Shown here in pieces: positions 1 to 9,612 of a stretch of DNA of 64,000 nucleotides. A program made the position numbers and the translations under genes. Location: NCBI GenBank assembly GCA_963816185.1, contig CAWFJJ010000024.1, forward strand, positions 6,635 to 70,634. The letters are read 5' to 3'. Under the pieces are notes generated by a model. It was not told the DNA's origin and did no database searches. It worked only from the letters and a program-made list of their open reading frames with translations. Numbering within the stretch: position 1 is the stretch's first letter; the number at the start of each line of letters is the position of its first letter. The DNA is from Thermoanaerobaculia bacterium. Lineage in GTDB: Bacteria; Acidobacteriota; Thermoanaerobaculia; UBA5066.

Positions 1-130
1 TTAGGCTATCCCGTTTACTTCCAATGCTTTATGGCGAGTGATATTAAGGAGAGCGCGGACACGAACTGATTTACCCGGTTTCGGGGTGAGCTTCTGGACC
101 TGCCAGTTCAGGATCTCGACGACATGATCT
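1..130 (-). pseudogene. 3' remnant of an NHL-repeat beta-propeller paralog (duplicate of the 3' end of the gene at 3296-4378)
   Basis: Minus-strand translation ...VVEILNWQVQKLTPKPGK... parallels the C-terminus ...YVAEILNWRVQKLTLKPGK* of the NHL gene. DNA 60-125 is a close match to 3296-3365. The next gene starts at 257, so a full gene cannot fit. Confidence 0.3.
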
Positions 131-256
131 TCGTGACGGTGCGGTCAAATCGTGACGGTGCGTTCCAGATGATGGATTGGCGGGTATGGGTGGGGTCCTA
201 GCCCGCGTCGCGAACCAGGACCCGCATGGTTCCGAATACTTGCTGCTGAATAACTC

Positions 257-1435
257 CTAATCGGCCTGGCCGTATCCGAAGAGAGTCTGCGTCCCGTTGG
301 ATTGGCTGAATTCGAGCTCCGGTCGGTCTGACGTGCTACGCCCTTGCGTAAGGATGAAGTTGAGCGAGAGCGCGGGATTTGAGGTGGTCGACCCTGTGGC
401 GGTGGTGGTTGTGTTGGTCGAGTTCATCAATCCGAGAGTCAGCGTGCCGGTGCAATCGTTATTGACCGTGTAGGTTCCGACGAATTGCAAGAAACCGAGG
501 GGCGACGGCGTCGCGGACGGGGCGGTTAGGCTCCCATTTCCATCGAACTGAACCCGGCCAAACAGGAAGTAAGGGGTCTCGGTTGGCGCAGCGATCCCGG
601 TGCCCGTGCCTGTACCAGTGCCCGTTCCCGCGCCAGGTGTGGTCGTGGTTCCGGGACCCACCGGGGTGCCCGTGAATCCGGAGGTCGCCACTCTGGTTCC
701 AGACGCTACGATCGCGTAGGGCCCGACCAGGTTGCTCGTGGTGCAAAAGGTAGCCAGCGGCCGAACGAGCTTAATCAATATGTTTGATTGAAAAACTCCC
801 GGTGTTGTGCTGGCGGTAGCGCTGGTGCCAGTGCCGGTTCCCGTCCCCGTTCCTGTAATCGTTCCGCTGGGAATCGAAATGTTCTGCAGCACACCGAGAT
901 CGATCTCAGCGCCATCACCGAGAACCACCCCTTGCAGATTCGCCTTGGTCGTGTTTGTTCCGAAGCCGTCGTTCAGCGTCACGGAGATCGTACAGTCGGA
1001 ATTCAGCACGTAGCTCCCGACCACCGCCGAGGCAGTCGCGAATTGCGGTGTCGAACTGGCGCGGATGTTTCCCGAGCCGTCGAAATAGAGTGTTCCCGCG
1101 CCCGAGAAGGGGATGGAATTAGTAGATCCGCCCACCAATTGGCCGACGCCGGTATTGGTAAAGGTAGGAAACGCCAGAGTGCCCATCTGGGTTCCGGTGC
1201 TGGTCCCCGTGCCGGTTCCGGTTCCTGTGCCGATCCCTGTACCCGTGCCTGTCCCGATCCCGGTTCCTGTACCGTTTGTGGCGATCAGGGCGCCAGGGAT
1301 GCCGTTCCCGATCGCCGTGTAGGAGTAAAAACCATTGATCGTGGATGGGCAGGTTTGCGCCGAACCCACCGCGGCGCAAAGAACTACGCCTAGACTTAGA
1401 GAAATGCTCGCGCGCGAAAACGCCGTCTTTAACAT
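257..1435 (-). CDS. Secreted Gly/Thr-linker repeat protein with duplicated ~110-aa modules; function unknown
   Basis: 392-aa ORF with N-terminal signal peptide MLKTAFSRASISLSLGVVLCAAVGSAQ. Three (GT)n linkers (GTGTGIGTGTGTG...) separate modules that share the motifs G.Y, FDG.GN and N.DCT. Confidence 0.6.
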   Translation of the reverse strand: MLKTAFSRASISLSLGVVLCAAVGSAQTCPSTINGFYSYTAIGNGIPGALIATNGTGTGIGTGTGTGIGTGTGTGTGTSTGTQMGTLAFPTFTNTGVGQLVGGSTNSIPFSGAGTLYFDGSGNIRASSTPQFATASAVVGSYVLNSDCTISVTLNDGFGTNTTKANLQGVVLGDGAEIDLGVLQNISIPSGTITGTGTGTGTGTSATASTTPGVFQSNILIKLVRPLATFCTTSNLVGPYAIVASGTRVATSGFTGTPVGPGTTTTPGAGTGTGTGTGTGIAAPTETPYFLFGRVQFDGNGSLTAPSATPSPLGFLQFVGTYTVNNDCTGTLTLGLMNSTNTTTTATGSTTSNPALSLNFILTQGRSTSDRPELEFSQSNGTQTLFGYGQAD

Positions 1436-1663
1436 ATGCTGCTTTGGTCCTCCAGGTAAAAGTCAAATGCACTTCTCGATTAGCATTTGGAGGACCATCT
1501 TCATTCTGGGCATGCCGCTAGGGAACACCCCGGAGAGAGCCGGTGACAAGCACGGCTTCCCTTCATAGGCACTCGGCATGCACTTCTGCACGATGCAAAT
1601 TCTTCGGCATGCCGTGCATCTTCGGCTAGGCCCGGGCCAACGCGACGCTCTATGAGCGATGTC

Positions 1664-3284
1664 TTAATCCGGCACGTGGTTAATTTTCAACTGTACGGAG
1701 GAGGTTGAGCCTGGTTCAACCCGCACGGTGGCCGCATTGGGCATCAGGGCGCGCAGACGCGAAGGGTCCGCGATGGTGGGCGGATCGAACTTGTCCAGCG
1801 CGATCGCGTTGTACCCGCCTGGAGGAATCCCGGTCAGTTCGAAGGTCTTGCCGGAGGCTTGAACCGAGTAACCCACCCCCGTCAAATTCGGCGGGAACAA
1901 AACGATCGTGGCAGTATCCGCATCGTCAATGGTCCCGCGAACGGTACCAGCCGGCTTGAGGACAATCTTTAGCGGCGGGGATGCGGGCGTCAGCTCGACG
2001 CTTTGCCCCGTGATGTCGGCGGATCCTTGCAATATCGAGTCAACGTAGTAGTTTCCAGTCTCGACGTCGGCCTGGATTCGACTGGTTCCCGGAAGCATCA
2101 TCTCACCGAATCGCAATACGCCATCCGGGCCGATCGGGGCCCTCATCATGGCGGAGGCGGTATCCGACATTACGGTCACAGACACAGAGACCCCGGGGGC
2201 GGGAGTAGAGCCATCGCTCACGACCACCGATACAGGGAGAGAGAGACTGACGGGTGTCACGAACTGTATCGTCAAGTTCGTCCGGGTCCTGGTGCTCCAC
2301 TCGGAACGCGGCGCTGCCGAATCTGAGGAAATTTCGCTGCTGGATCTCGTCGCGAATCCAGTCGGAGGTGGCTTGAGCTGTCCACTCGCCCATCCGGACC
2401 GAAGGGAACTCGAACACCCCATCTGCCGCCGTGGTGACGGGCTGCTCGTCAGCTTGCCCTCCACCTGGACCATTCCTGAAGGAAAAGGTGAGCCCTTTGC
2501 CGGCGGACCCATTAATGGTGAGACCCGGTGTAGTTAGGAACCTTGGCATGGAGCTGGACTTTGGCTTTGGCGGCCGGTTTGCCATCGGGGTCCAGCACGA
2601 TGCCTCGGACGCGGTGGACCTCGGCGGACTGCAATCGGATCTCATACCCGTCCAACTCCGCGCCTGGGTGAACCGCGATTGATTCCGCCTGGGACCGGTC
2701 GAGAGCGGACGGGTAGTAAGTGGGGACCACTTCCGTTCGGATTTCATCCTTCGCCGACACATGTTCCGCAACACGTTTTGTCAGGATGGGCCGTGCCAGC
2801 AGGGTGTATTGGCCGGGTGCGAGATTTTCGAAAACGAAGGAGCCGTCCGTACCGGTGTTGAGGCTGCTGCTGCGGACTAAGCTCCACCGCCGCTCGCGCC
2901 GGGTTTCCGTCCGTGCCGATGACGCGGCCGCGAAGAACGGCGGGCGGAATCAGCTCGAATCGGTAGCGAACCGGTTCGGCACTAGCAGCTGATGTGGCGC
3001 TTGGGTGGCTCCTTTAAGGGATCAAGTCGCGTCCGACTGGGGGTACTGTATCCGGTCTTCTGCACGGAAGAACTATAGTCGCCGTCAGTCAGTCCGGAGA
3101 GGTGAAACGTTCCCGCGTCGTCCGTGACGGCTTTGTAGCTGTTGGTGCCGCTGCTCCAGAACCACACGGTAACGCCGCCGATGCCCGCGCCGGTGACTTT
3201 GTTGACCACCACGCCTTCGACGGTCGCAGTCTCCTGCGCGGCCGCTAAAGCGGCCAGAGCGGCGCAGAAGACTGCGAGTTTCAT
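1664..3284 (-). CDS. Secreted protein with several carboxypeptidase-regulatory-like (CarboxypepD_reg, prealbumin-fold) domains; frameshifted in this sequence
   Basis: ORFs 2982-3284 (signal peptide + TVEGVVVNKVTGAGIGGVTVWF...DDAGTFHLSGLTDGDY), 2512-2760 (VRGIVLDPDGKPAAKAKVQL), 2103-2774 and 1664-2512 lie in three frames on the same strand. Each carries the G.V.D..G.P...A.V CarboxypepD_reg signature. Confidence 0.5.
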
Positions 3285-3295
3285 GGAACGAGTAT

Positions 3296-4378
3296 TTATT
3301 TACCCGGCTTGAGGGTGAGTTTCTGGACGCGCCAGTTCAGGATCTCGGCGACGTACAGCTCGTTTTCCGAGGGGCACGCCATTTCGTGGATCCAGCCGAA
3401 CTCCTTGGGCTGGCGGCCGGACCGGCCGAGCCATCCCAGCACCTTTCCGTCCAGCGACAGCTTGTACACGCGGCCGGGGTAGGCGTCGGCGCTATAGAGA
3501 TACTGCGTTCCAGGTCCGGGCGTGATGCAGATGGCCCAGGGCGCGCCGGCGCTCGCCACGTCCGCTTGGGTGCGGAGTGTTGCTGAACCAGGATTTGGCG
3601 TTGGGCGCGACCGGCACGTCGATGGTGATGATCTTCTTGAAATTGCCGTCGTGATCGTATACCTGGATGCGGCGGTTGCCGCGGTCGGCGATATAGATGT
3701 TGCCTTGCGCGTCGGCGGCGATGCTGTGCGGCGTGTTGAACTCGCCCGGCGCCGGCATGGCGCGATTCATCGGACCGGACCGCCCCAGGACTTGATCCAG
3801 TCGCCATTCTTATCGAGCTTGGCGACGCGCGAGTTGATGTAGCCGTCGCTGATGAAGATGTTGCCTTCCGGGTCCCAGGTGACGTCGGTGGGCTGGCGGA
3901 ATCGGCCGTCCTGCGCGGGACGCGGCGGATTCGGATGCTCCAGGGGATTCGCGTTTTCGTCGGAGGCTTCGGACTTGCGGCCGAACACCATCATGACGCG
4001 TCCCTGCGGATTGAACTTGACGATCATGTCCGAGCCTTTGTCGACGGCCCAGAGATTATCCTGGCGGTCGACCCGCACGGTGTGCGCGAAGGACCAGGCG
4101 TAGAGGTTCTTGCCGATTTCGCGCAGGAACTTGCCGTTCTTATCGAACAGCAGGACCTGCGACGCGGTGGCTCCATAGGCGGGGCCGGTGGTGTTGCCGC
4201 GCGAGAAGACGTAAACCTGGCCCTGGGAGTTCACCGCGACGCCGGCGGTTTCGCCGAAATGCAGATCGTCGGGCAGTTTGAAGAAATCCGGGTTCGAGTC
4301 AAACGGGATTTCGGGAACGCTCTGGCCGAATGCGAGCGCCCCGGCCGCGCAGAACAGGGCGAGGGTGGCAGTTTTCAT
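3296..4378 (-). CDS. NHL-repeat six-bladed beta-propeller protein, secreted; two frameshifts
   Basis: Pieces 3767-4378 (signal peptide MKTATLALFCAAGALAFGQ; GQVYVFSRGN, DNLWAVDKGSDMIVKF, GNIFISDGYINSRVAKL), 3492-3770 (GNIYIADRGNRRIQVYDHDGN) and 3296-3559 (YLYSADAYPGRVYKLSLDGK) tile a contiguous NHL propeller in three frames. Confidence 0.6.
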
Positions 4379-4401
4379 GAAGCAAATTGTAGCGCGTTAT
4401 A

Positions 4402-6040
4402 GTGGGGAATAGAATGGGAGCGCGGCAGTGGGCGGTCGTCGGTTTCTGGATTGCGCTGCCTGCATGGGCGCAGTTGCCGACCTGCAGCGTCCCAACCTGG
4501 AGCGCCTGCGATCTGGCGTTCGATCTTGAGGCCGGCGAAAATCCCGCCACGGTCCAATTGCATGGCGAGTTCCGGTCCGCCAAGCGGACATTGCTGATTC
4601 AGGCGTTCCGCGACGGCGATCGTAGATATGTCCTGCGGTTCGCGCCTACCGAGCCCGGCGAATGGGCCTATCGGCTGACCAGCAACCTGAAGCGTCTGGA
4701 CGGGCAGTTGGGCAAGGCTACGGCCACCGCTTCGGACTCGCCGGGTTTTGTCAAAGTGGCGAACGTCCATCATTTTGCCTACGAAGGCACCAACAAACAG
4801 CATCTCTGGATGGCGACGGCGATCGACGATTTCGTCAAGATCCCACGCGCCGACTTCGACAGCGCTGTGACACAGAGGGTCGCTGAGAAGTTCACGCATC
4901 TGCGCGTGACCATCGCCAAGGATGCCGATCTGGACGAGGCGGCGGAACGGATTCGGGCGATCAACGCGCGGGGCGTGGTCGCGGACGTGGTTCTGGGCGG
5001 CATTCCTCCCGATAGGCAGGAGCGGGAACGATACATGACGGATATCGCGGCGACGTTTCTCCGCGTTCAACATTACCTGGATGGGCGCGCCGGCTTTCGA
5101 GAATATTCCCAACGGGAAAGCGATCCTGAAAGATGCGGGAACGCTGCTGGCGAAGCTCGATCCTTATAATCATCCGCGAACGTCCATGGCGGAGGTGACC
5201 TCTTCGCCGCTCCTGGGCGATCAGTGGATGAGCGTTCTCAGTTACGGCACCGCCGATCCGAACGTGGGCGCGGTGGAGCACCAGTTTTACGCGATGCCGG
5301 CGGTGAACACCGGAATCCAGTCCGAGCGCGATTTGTGGAACGCCACCATGAACGGGCAGTATCCGGCCTCCGGATCGGGCAAGTATATGACGGCCTGGTT
5401 CGATTTCATGTCGGGAAATCGCTACTGGGAGCTGGAGCCTTATTTCGACGTGGATGGCGGGCGGGCGGTGGCGCTGGAAGACGTGGAGTATATCGTTTAC
5501 GTCGAGAAGCCCGGGCCGGTGGAGCTGACGGTCGAGGATCACGGCTACGACGTGGTCTGGATCAATCCGGAGACGGGCGAGCGCATCAAGGCGAAGAATT
5601 ACAAAGGCAAACATTTCACCGGCGAGCCTCCCGACAAATCGCATGACTGGGTGCTGCGCGTTTCGCGCGAAGGGACCAAGGAGGGGATGCTGAGGTCCTA
5701 CAAGTTCGACTCGCGGGAGGTTCCTATTCGGCTTCAGGAGATCGAGACGAATCCAGCAGAAGATGCCGTTCGAGGTGGCGACGCCCGACGGAGACATTTC
5801 GATGGCGTTGCCGCCGCCGTTATTCCTTGAAGATCACGCGCCCGACGCGCGCTACGCGGGAACTTCTGGTCGAATGGACGGCTGAGGTGGTGCTGGATGG
5901 CGAAGGTTTTCGCGTGGTGGGAACCGGCAGCAAAGGGATGATGCGTATCCCGAGCGTCGATTGTGCACAAACTGCCCGGCACGTTGAGCCTGCGGGTGTC
6001 GATCCTGAACGCGAATGGCAAGGCGTACGCGATCGATAAA
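4402..6040 (+). CDS. Secreted DUF5060/DUF4038-like putative glycoside hydrolase with a collagen-binding-like C-terminal domain; frameshifted
   Basis: Signal peptide MGARQWAVVGFWIALPAWAQ. The N-terminal Ig-like region has the EPGEWAYRL motif; the central region continues in ORF 5081-5830; the YWELEPYFDVDGG...VWINPETGE tail resembles the collagen-binding beta-sandwich usually fused to DUF4038. Family assignment is from memory of domain signatures. Confidence 0.4.
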
Positions 6041-6057
6041 GTGTATCGGCTGGGACC

Positions 6058-6711
6058 GTGAGCGAGACGAACTGTTGCTTGGCGATCGATACCACCGAGC
6101 GAGATTCAGCGTAAGCTGGAGACTGTGCGCTTCTGCATCGATACGACGGCGCCGCAGTCGAGGCCGCGTGCTGGAAGAAGTCGCGCTGCATTCGCCCGAC
6201 GGCTTCGCGCACGTCATGTTTCCCGAGATCGAGGCGCTGCTCGCGCGGCACAATCTCAAGATCACCGACATCGAAGGCTTTGCCGCCGCCGCGGGACCCG
6301 GATCGTTTACCGGCGTTCGCGTGGGCCTGACGGCCGCGAAAGGTCTGGCGGAAGCGACCGGCCGCAAAGTGGTCGCGGTTTCGAACTTGCAAGCCATCGC
6401 GTCCTTCGGCACGCGCGCGCTGCGCGGCTCCGGTGATCGACGCGCGGCGCGGCGACATATTCGGCGCGGTCTACGATGCGGATCTGCGGCTGGTGGCCCC
6501 CGAGGTCGTGATGAAATTCGACGACTGGCTGCGAACGTTGCCTGAGGGACGTGGAAGTGATCGACCGACGCTCCGAAACTGCTCGCCGGAGCCATCGCGC
6601 AGAATCGCCGCAGCGCGGTTCGAAGCCGGACTGGCGCAAGATCCCGCCGAGATCGACGCGAACTACGTTCGCCGCTCCGATGCGGAATTGATGTGGCGAG
6701 ATAAGGTATAA
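6058..6711 (+). CDS. tsaB: tRNA threonylcarbamoyladenosine biosynthesis protein TsaB (YeaZ); frameshifted
   Basis: GTG start with LAIDTTERDSA in one frame, then HVMFPEIEALLARHNL...GFAAAAGPGSFTGVRVGLTAAKGLAEATGRKVVAVSNLQAIA, then the C-terminus IDARRGDIFGAVYDADLRLV in ORF 6433-6711. These are classic TsaB motifs. Confidence 0.7.
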
Positions 6712-6718
6712 CGATTGA

Positions 6719-7629
6719 ATGGTCGTCATCCTGGAGGCGGTTTCCGGACCGGTTTTAGGAAGGCGAATCGAAGTGCGCGGCGGGAGCATCGTGCGCATCG
6801 GGCGCACGGGCAAATCCGACTATCCCGATCGCCGAAGACGGATACCTTTCTGGCCTGCACTTTGCGGTGGAATGCGACGGAACGCAGTGCCGCATCCGCG
6901 ACCTCGGTTCGAGCAACGGAACCTTCGTAAACGGATCGCGCGTTACCGAACAAGTGGTTCAGGAAGGCGATTCCGTGGTGGCGGGCGGATCCACGTTTTG
7001 CGTTCACGTCGACCTGCTGCCCTCGATCACCGGCGGTCGGGATGCCCAGGGCGGCAACGGCGCCGACGCCGCTCGCGGTCGCGACCAAGGTCATGAGCGA
7101 GCCCGCAGCCGCCGGAGAGCTGGATACTCGCCCGCGGAAACGGCGTTGTTGAGCGCGATGTACGTCGCCCGGCGAGGAAGTATTCGCGGTGGTGGACGCA
7201 TCGCGCGATTCGCGCATCCCGGCGTTTCTGGATGCCGCCGGCGAGATGTACACGCCTTGGAATCGTCGAAGAGCGCGCCGGTTTCTGGTCGCGCTGCCGG
7301 CCGATTCTCGCCTGGTGCACGTGCTGATCAAGGACGGATGGGGCCGCGGCTGGGGGTTTTACGGAACGTCCAAGGCCAGCCTGGAGACCGTTCGCGCGCA
7401 TTTCACCAGCTTCGTGAGTCTGCAGACGTCTTCCGGAGCGGCCATGACCTTCCGCTTCTGGGACCCGCGCGTGTTGCGGGCGATGGTGCCCGCGATGCCG
7501 CCGGAAGAAGCCGACGCGTTCTTCGGGCCGTGCGAGAGGATCATCGTGGAAGCGGAAAAACCGACCATGGCGCTGGAGTTTTCGCGGTCGCCAGGGCGAC
7601 CCCGGCAGCAGACCATCGTGCTGGGTTAA
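6719..7629 (+). CDS. FHA domain protein fused to a C-terminal DUF4123 domain; two apparent frameshifts
   Basis: N-terminal FHA: GRRIEVRGGSIVRIGRTGKSDY...LHFAVECDGTQCRIRDLGSSNGTFVNGSRV. C-terminal ~155 aa in a single frame (7162-7629): VFAVVDASRD...WGRGWGFYGTSKASLETVRAHFTSF...MTFRFWDPRVLRAMVPAMPPEEADAFFGP, matching the DUF4123 signature (FRFYDPRVL, FGP). Confidence 0.6.
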
Positions 7630-7639
7630 CTTAAAAAGC

Positions 7640-8323
7640 TTAGAAGTGCTGCTTTAAATCCGCGAAGCGCTCGACTCGCAGGAATCGCGCGCCGGGCGGG
7701 GTGCGCAGCTCCTGATGCTCCAGCACCCAGGTGCGGGCGTGGGGCACCAGCACAGCTCCCAAACCCGCCTCGAGCGCGGGATTGATGTCGGACTTGGGCG
7801 AATTGCCGATCATCCACGTTTTCGCCGCGGAGAACGCGTTCTCCGCTATCAGACGGGAGTAAGCCCGCGAATCTTTTTCCTTCACGATCGCGGTGTAGGA
7901 GAAATGGCGGCCCAGGCCGGAGCGGTCGACCTTCATGCGCTGCTCATCGGGATGGCCTTTGGTGAACAGCGCCAGTTGATGCCGCTGGGCGAGTTCTTCG
8001 AGCGTTTCTTCCACGCCTTCGATCAGCTCGATGGGCTGCTCCAGAATGCGCTCGGCCAGCGACATCACGTGCTCCAGGTCGTCGGGCCGGATTTCCCGCT
8101 CGGCCAAGTGCTGGTAGGCCTGCTGCAGGTTGCGGCCGAAATTGCGCGATCCGTAGCCGTGGATCTTGGAATTCACCAGCTCGATTTCATTGAGCACGTC
8201 GCGGATCTGCGGCGGCGGTCAGCGAGGAATGCGCCAGAAACTCCACGAAATCGTCGAACGCGCTCTCGAAGTAGATATTGTTTTCCCAGAGCGTGTCGTC
8301 CGCGTCGAAAATAAGGACACTCA
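7640..8323 (-). CDS. HAD-superfamily hydrolase (subfamily IA-like); one frameshift near 8200
   Basis: Motif I MSVLIFDADDTLWE lies at 8323 in one frame. The rest (ORF 7640-8197) carries the HAD motif IV segment MIGNSPKSDINPALEAGLGAVLV. Confidence 0.7.
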
Positions 8324-8339
8324 TTCGGGTTTGTGGTGG

Positions 8340-8945
8340 GCGTGGCCGTTGCTGCCGGCGACGTTCTTGGTGTGTTGAATCTTCCTGCGGCGCTCCAGGA
8401 ATCCCGGCAGGAAGCCGGCGATCTGGCGCATTCGCTCGGCTTCGCTGCGCATGGTCAGCAGGGTCTGGCGGAACCCCAGGTCGGGCACTTCCTGGGCCAG
8501 GCGAAAGCTCAGGCGTGGATCACCCTGTTTGGGTCGTTACTGTTGAGCGATTGCAGCTCGCTGAATCCGGCGATCACGTTTCGTGAGCAGGTCCGGATCC
8601 GCGCGGCTCGGATCGGATCGGGCTCATCATCGTCAAAGAATTCGACGGCCCCGCGCAAGAAGGATCGCTCGTCGTTCAGCAGCAGCACTTCGAAGCGGCG
8701 CCGGCCGCGGGTCAGGATATCCAGCCGTCCATCGGGATACTCTTTCAACACGCGGTCCACCGTGGCCTGCAGCCGGTATTGACGATGCCTTTTTCGCTGG
8801 CCAGAACCACGCCGAACTCGAGCTTATCGCGCAGCACTTCCCCGATCATTTCCTTATAGCGGTCCTCGAAAATATGGAGAGGGAGCTGCGATCCCGGAAG
8901 CAACACAACCTGAAGTGGAAACAACGGCAGCAAGCCGTCCTGCAT
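8340..8945 (-). CDS. LON substrate-binding (N-terminal) domain protein; frameshifted
   Basis: LPLFPLQVVLLPGSQLPLHIFEDRYKEMI matches the start of the Lon N-domain. It continues in ORF 8509-8760 (RVLKEYPDGRLDILTRGRRRFEV). Confidence 0.55.
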
Positions 8946-8981
8946 GTTACTATTATGGCGTTGGATCTGTTTTCAGCGCGA

Positions 8982-9520
8982 TGATTCTTAAGCTCAAGCG
9001 AACGCCGGGAATTTTTCTGGTGGGGTTCATGGGAAGCGGCAAATCCACGGTCGGCCGCGCGCTGGCCGAAGAGCTCGGCTGGGGATTCGCCGATCTGGAT
9101 GAAGACATCGAGAAGCGCGAAGGCATGTCCATCAGCCAGATTTTCGATACCCGCGGGGAAGCGGAGTTCCGGCAAGCCGAGACGGCCGCGCTGCAGGAAC
9201 GCGTGCGCCTGATCGAGCGCGGGAAGCCGTGCGTGATCGCCCTCGGCGGCGGGGCTTTCTTGAGCGAAGAGAATTTCGAGATCGTCTCGAACAACGGCGT
9301 CAGCGTGTGGCTGGATTGTCCGTTTTCGACGGTCGAGCGGCGGTTGGCGGGGCAACACGTGGAATAAACCATCGTCCGCTGGCGCGCGATCCGGAAAAGC
9401 TGCGGGAGTTGTTCGCCGTGCGCCGCGCAGGGTACGAGCGCGCCGATTACTGCGTTCGCGGTGGAGAACGACGACGCGGCCGCGACGACCGCGAAAATCC
9501 TGGCGCTGCCGCTGTTTTAG
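8982..9520 (+). CDS. aroK: Shikimate kinase; one frameshift
   Basis: The Walker A segment IFLVGFMGSGKSTVGRALAEELGWGFADLD is followed by SQIFDTRGEAEFR. The C-terminus RPLARDPEKLRELFAVRRAGYERADYCV is in a second frame and ends at TAG 9518-9520. Confidence 0.75.
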
Positions 9521-9608
9521 GAAAATGGGGACAGCCAGCCGATTTCGGCGTGCCGTACCGGACAGGGAAGCGATCGTTCTTCGAAATCGGAGGCAGTCCC
9601 CATTTTCC
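9520..9608. terminator. Long imperfect nested inverted repeat (~28-bp stem, 34-nt loop) between aroK and the glycerate kinase gene; possible terminator/attenuator or structured RNA
   Basis: Left arm GGAAAATGGGGACAGCC..CCGATTTCG pairs with right arm CGAAATCGG..GGCAGTCCCCATTTTCC. It shares the AAAAWGGGGAC...GTCCCCWTTTT core with the hairpin at 36827-36896. Confidence 0.35.
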
Positions 9609-9612
9609 GGTA

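Noticed and set aside
590-1275. Possible CRISPR array or simple-sequence array
   Set aside because: The repeats are GGN-ACN codon runs inside an ORF encoding Gly-Thr linkers. There are no unique spacers and no cas genes.
4375-5797. Minus-strand ORFs 4375-5112 and 4961-5797
   Set aside because: Antisense of the DUF4038-like gene; no domain signatures.
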